Part shown: positions 63,550 through 64,000 of the stretch, piece by piece
Layout of the letters: each line of letters begins with the position of its first letter
Position numbering within the stretch: position 1 is the first letter of the stretch
Made by a program: the position numbers and the translations under genes
The notes under the pieces: model-generated
What the model saw: only the letters and a program-made list of their open reading frames with translations
What the model was told of the DNA's origin: nothing
The model's database searches: none
Origin: a virus
Taxonomy: Duplodnaviria > Caudoviricetes
Direction: 5' to 3' (one strand)
DNA: 64,000 nucleotides
Virus record (IMG/VR): IMGVR_UViG_3300021978_000001
Span: 320,001 to 384,000 of that record

Positions 63550-64000
63550 ATGGCGGACATGTCGGCTCAGATCCAGGACCTTTACCTCGAATACGCTGTC
63601 GCGGTCGTAACGGGACGCGCGCTTCCCGATGCTCGCGATGGCTTGAAACCCGTGCAACGTCGCATCCTTTATGCAATGGCCAGGGACCTCAAGCTCTCGC
63701 CAGGTGCCAAACATCGCAAGAGCGCGGCTATTGTGGGGCGCGTGCTCGGGGCGTATCACCCGCACGGCGATCAGTCAGTGTATGACGCCATGGTGCGCAT
63801 GGCACAGGACTTTTCGATGCGTTATCCGCTCGTGGACCCACAAGGTAACTTCGGGTCGATTGACGGGGATAACGCTGCATCGATGCGCTACACCGAAGCG
63901 CGCCTCGCGCCCATGGCAGAGCGTCTGCTCGGGGAACTAGGGCAAGACACCGTGGACCATGACGAGAACTACGATGCCACCACACAGGAGCCCGTGGTGC
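63550..64000 (+). CDS. gyrA: Type IIA topoisomerase A subunit (GyrA/ParC), 3'-truncated by the window edge; not in the ORF track
   Basis: Translated by hand: [28 protein letters not shown]...[52 protein letters not shown] (catalytic Tyr); AAAGAGGA RBS. Confidence 0.92.
   Translation, partial: MADMSAQIQDLYLEYAVAVVTGRALPDARDGLKPVQRRILYAMARDLKLSPGAKHRKSAAIVGRVLGAYHPHGDQSVYDAMVRMAQDFSMRYPLVDPQGNFGSIDGDNAASMRYTEARLAPMAERLLGELGQDTVDHDENYDATTQEPVV

Noticed and set aside
1-64000. Alternative genetic code (stop-codon reassignment) as seen in some jumbo phages
   Set aside because: Code 11 ORFs tile densely with ATGA couplings, and the known enzymes are uninterrupted.

Overview
A densely packed, almost entirely + strand block that looks like part of a large (jumbo) bacteriophage or other large mobile element of roughly 60% GC (estimated by eye), read in standard genetic code 11. 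Recognisable genes are few: aspartate carbamoyltransferase (pyrB, 11914-12972), thymidylate synthase (thyA), dihydrofolate reductase (folA), an ATP-grasp protein, and the 5' part of a GyrA/ParC topoisomerase at the right edge. Most of the other ~95 ORFs are unknown but fall into families visible in the sequence. Family A is about 29 highly diverged paralogues between 18.4 and 49.5 kb that share a ~100-aa C-terminal module ending in a helix like R..L...RR..D.WELL.RT. Group B is about 20 mostly unrelated proteins that share only an N-terminal M(x)L-x-N-x-F tag. There is also an FG[ED]VRS-start family at 5.9-15.7 kb, and two minus-strand proteins with an LIRLAF..PE.R..L.PLIE motif. Transcription appears to use one promoter class, TT[TG]AC[GA]-N17/18-(TGTGG)TAnnnn (17 copies found by eye). 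It mostly lacks the -7 T, and several copies overlap hairpins that would hide the ribosome-binding site. Other notable items are a Csx20-like ring-nuclease candidate (3631-3981), a bipartite 112-nt non-coding repeat in two copies, and many short tandem duplications. I saw no tRNA, rRNA, CRISPR array, integrase, transposase or reverse transcriptase. All family calls are by-eye motif recognition, not database searches, and many start codons were re-chosen from RBS context.
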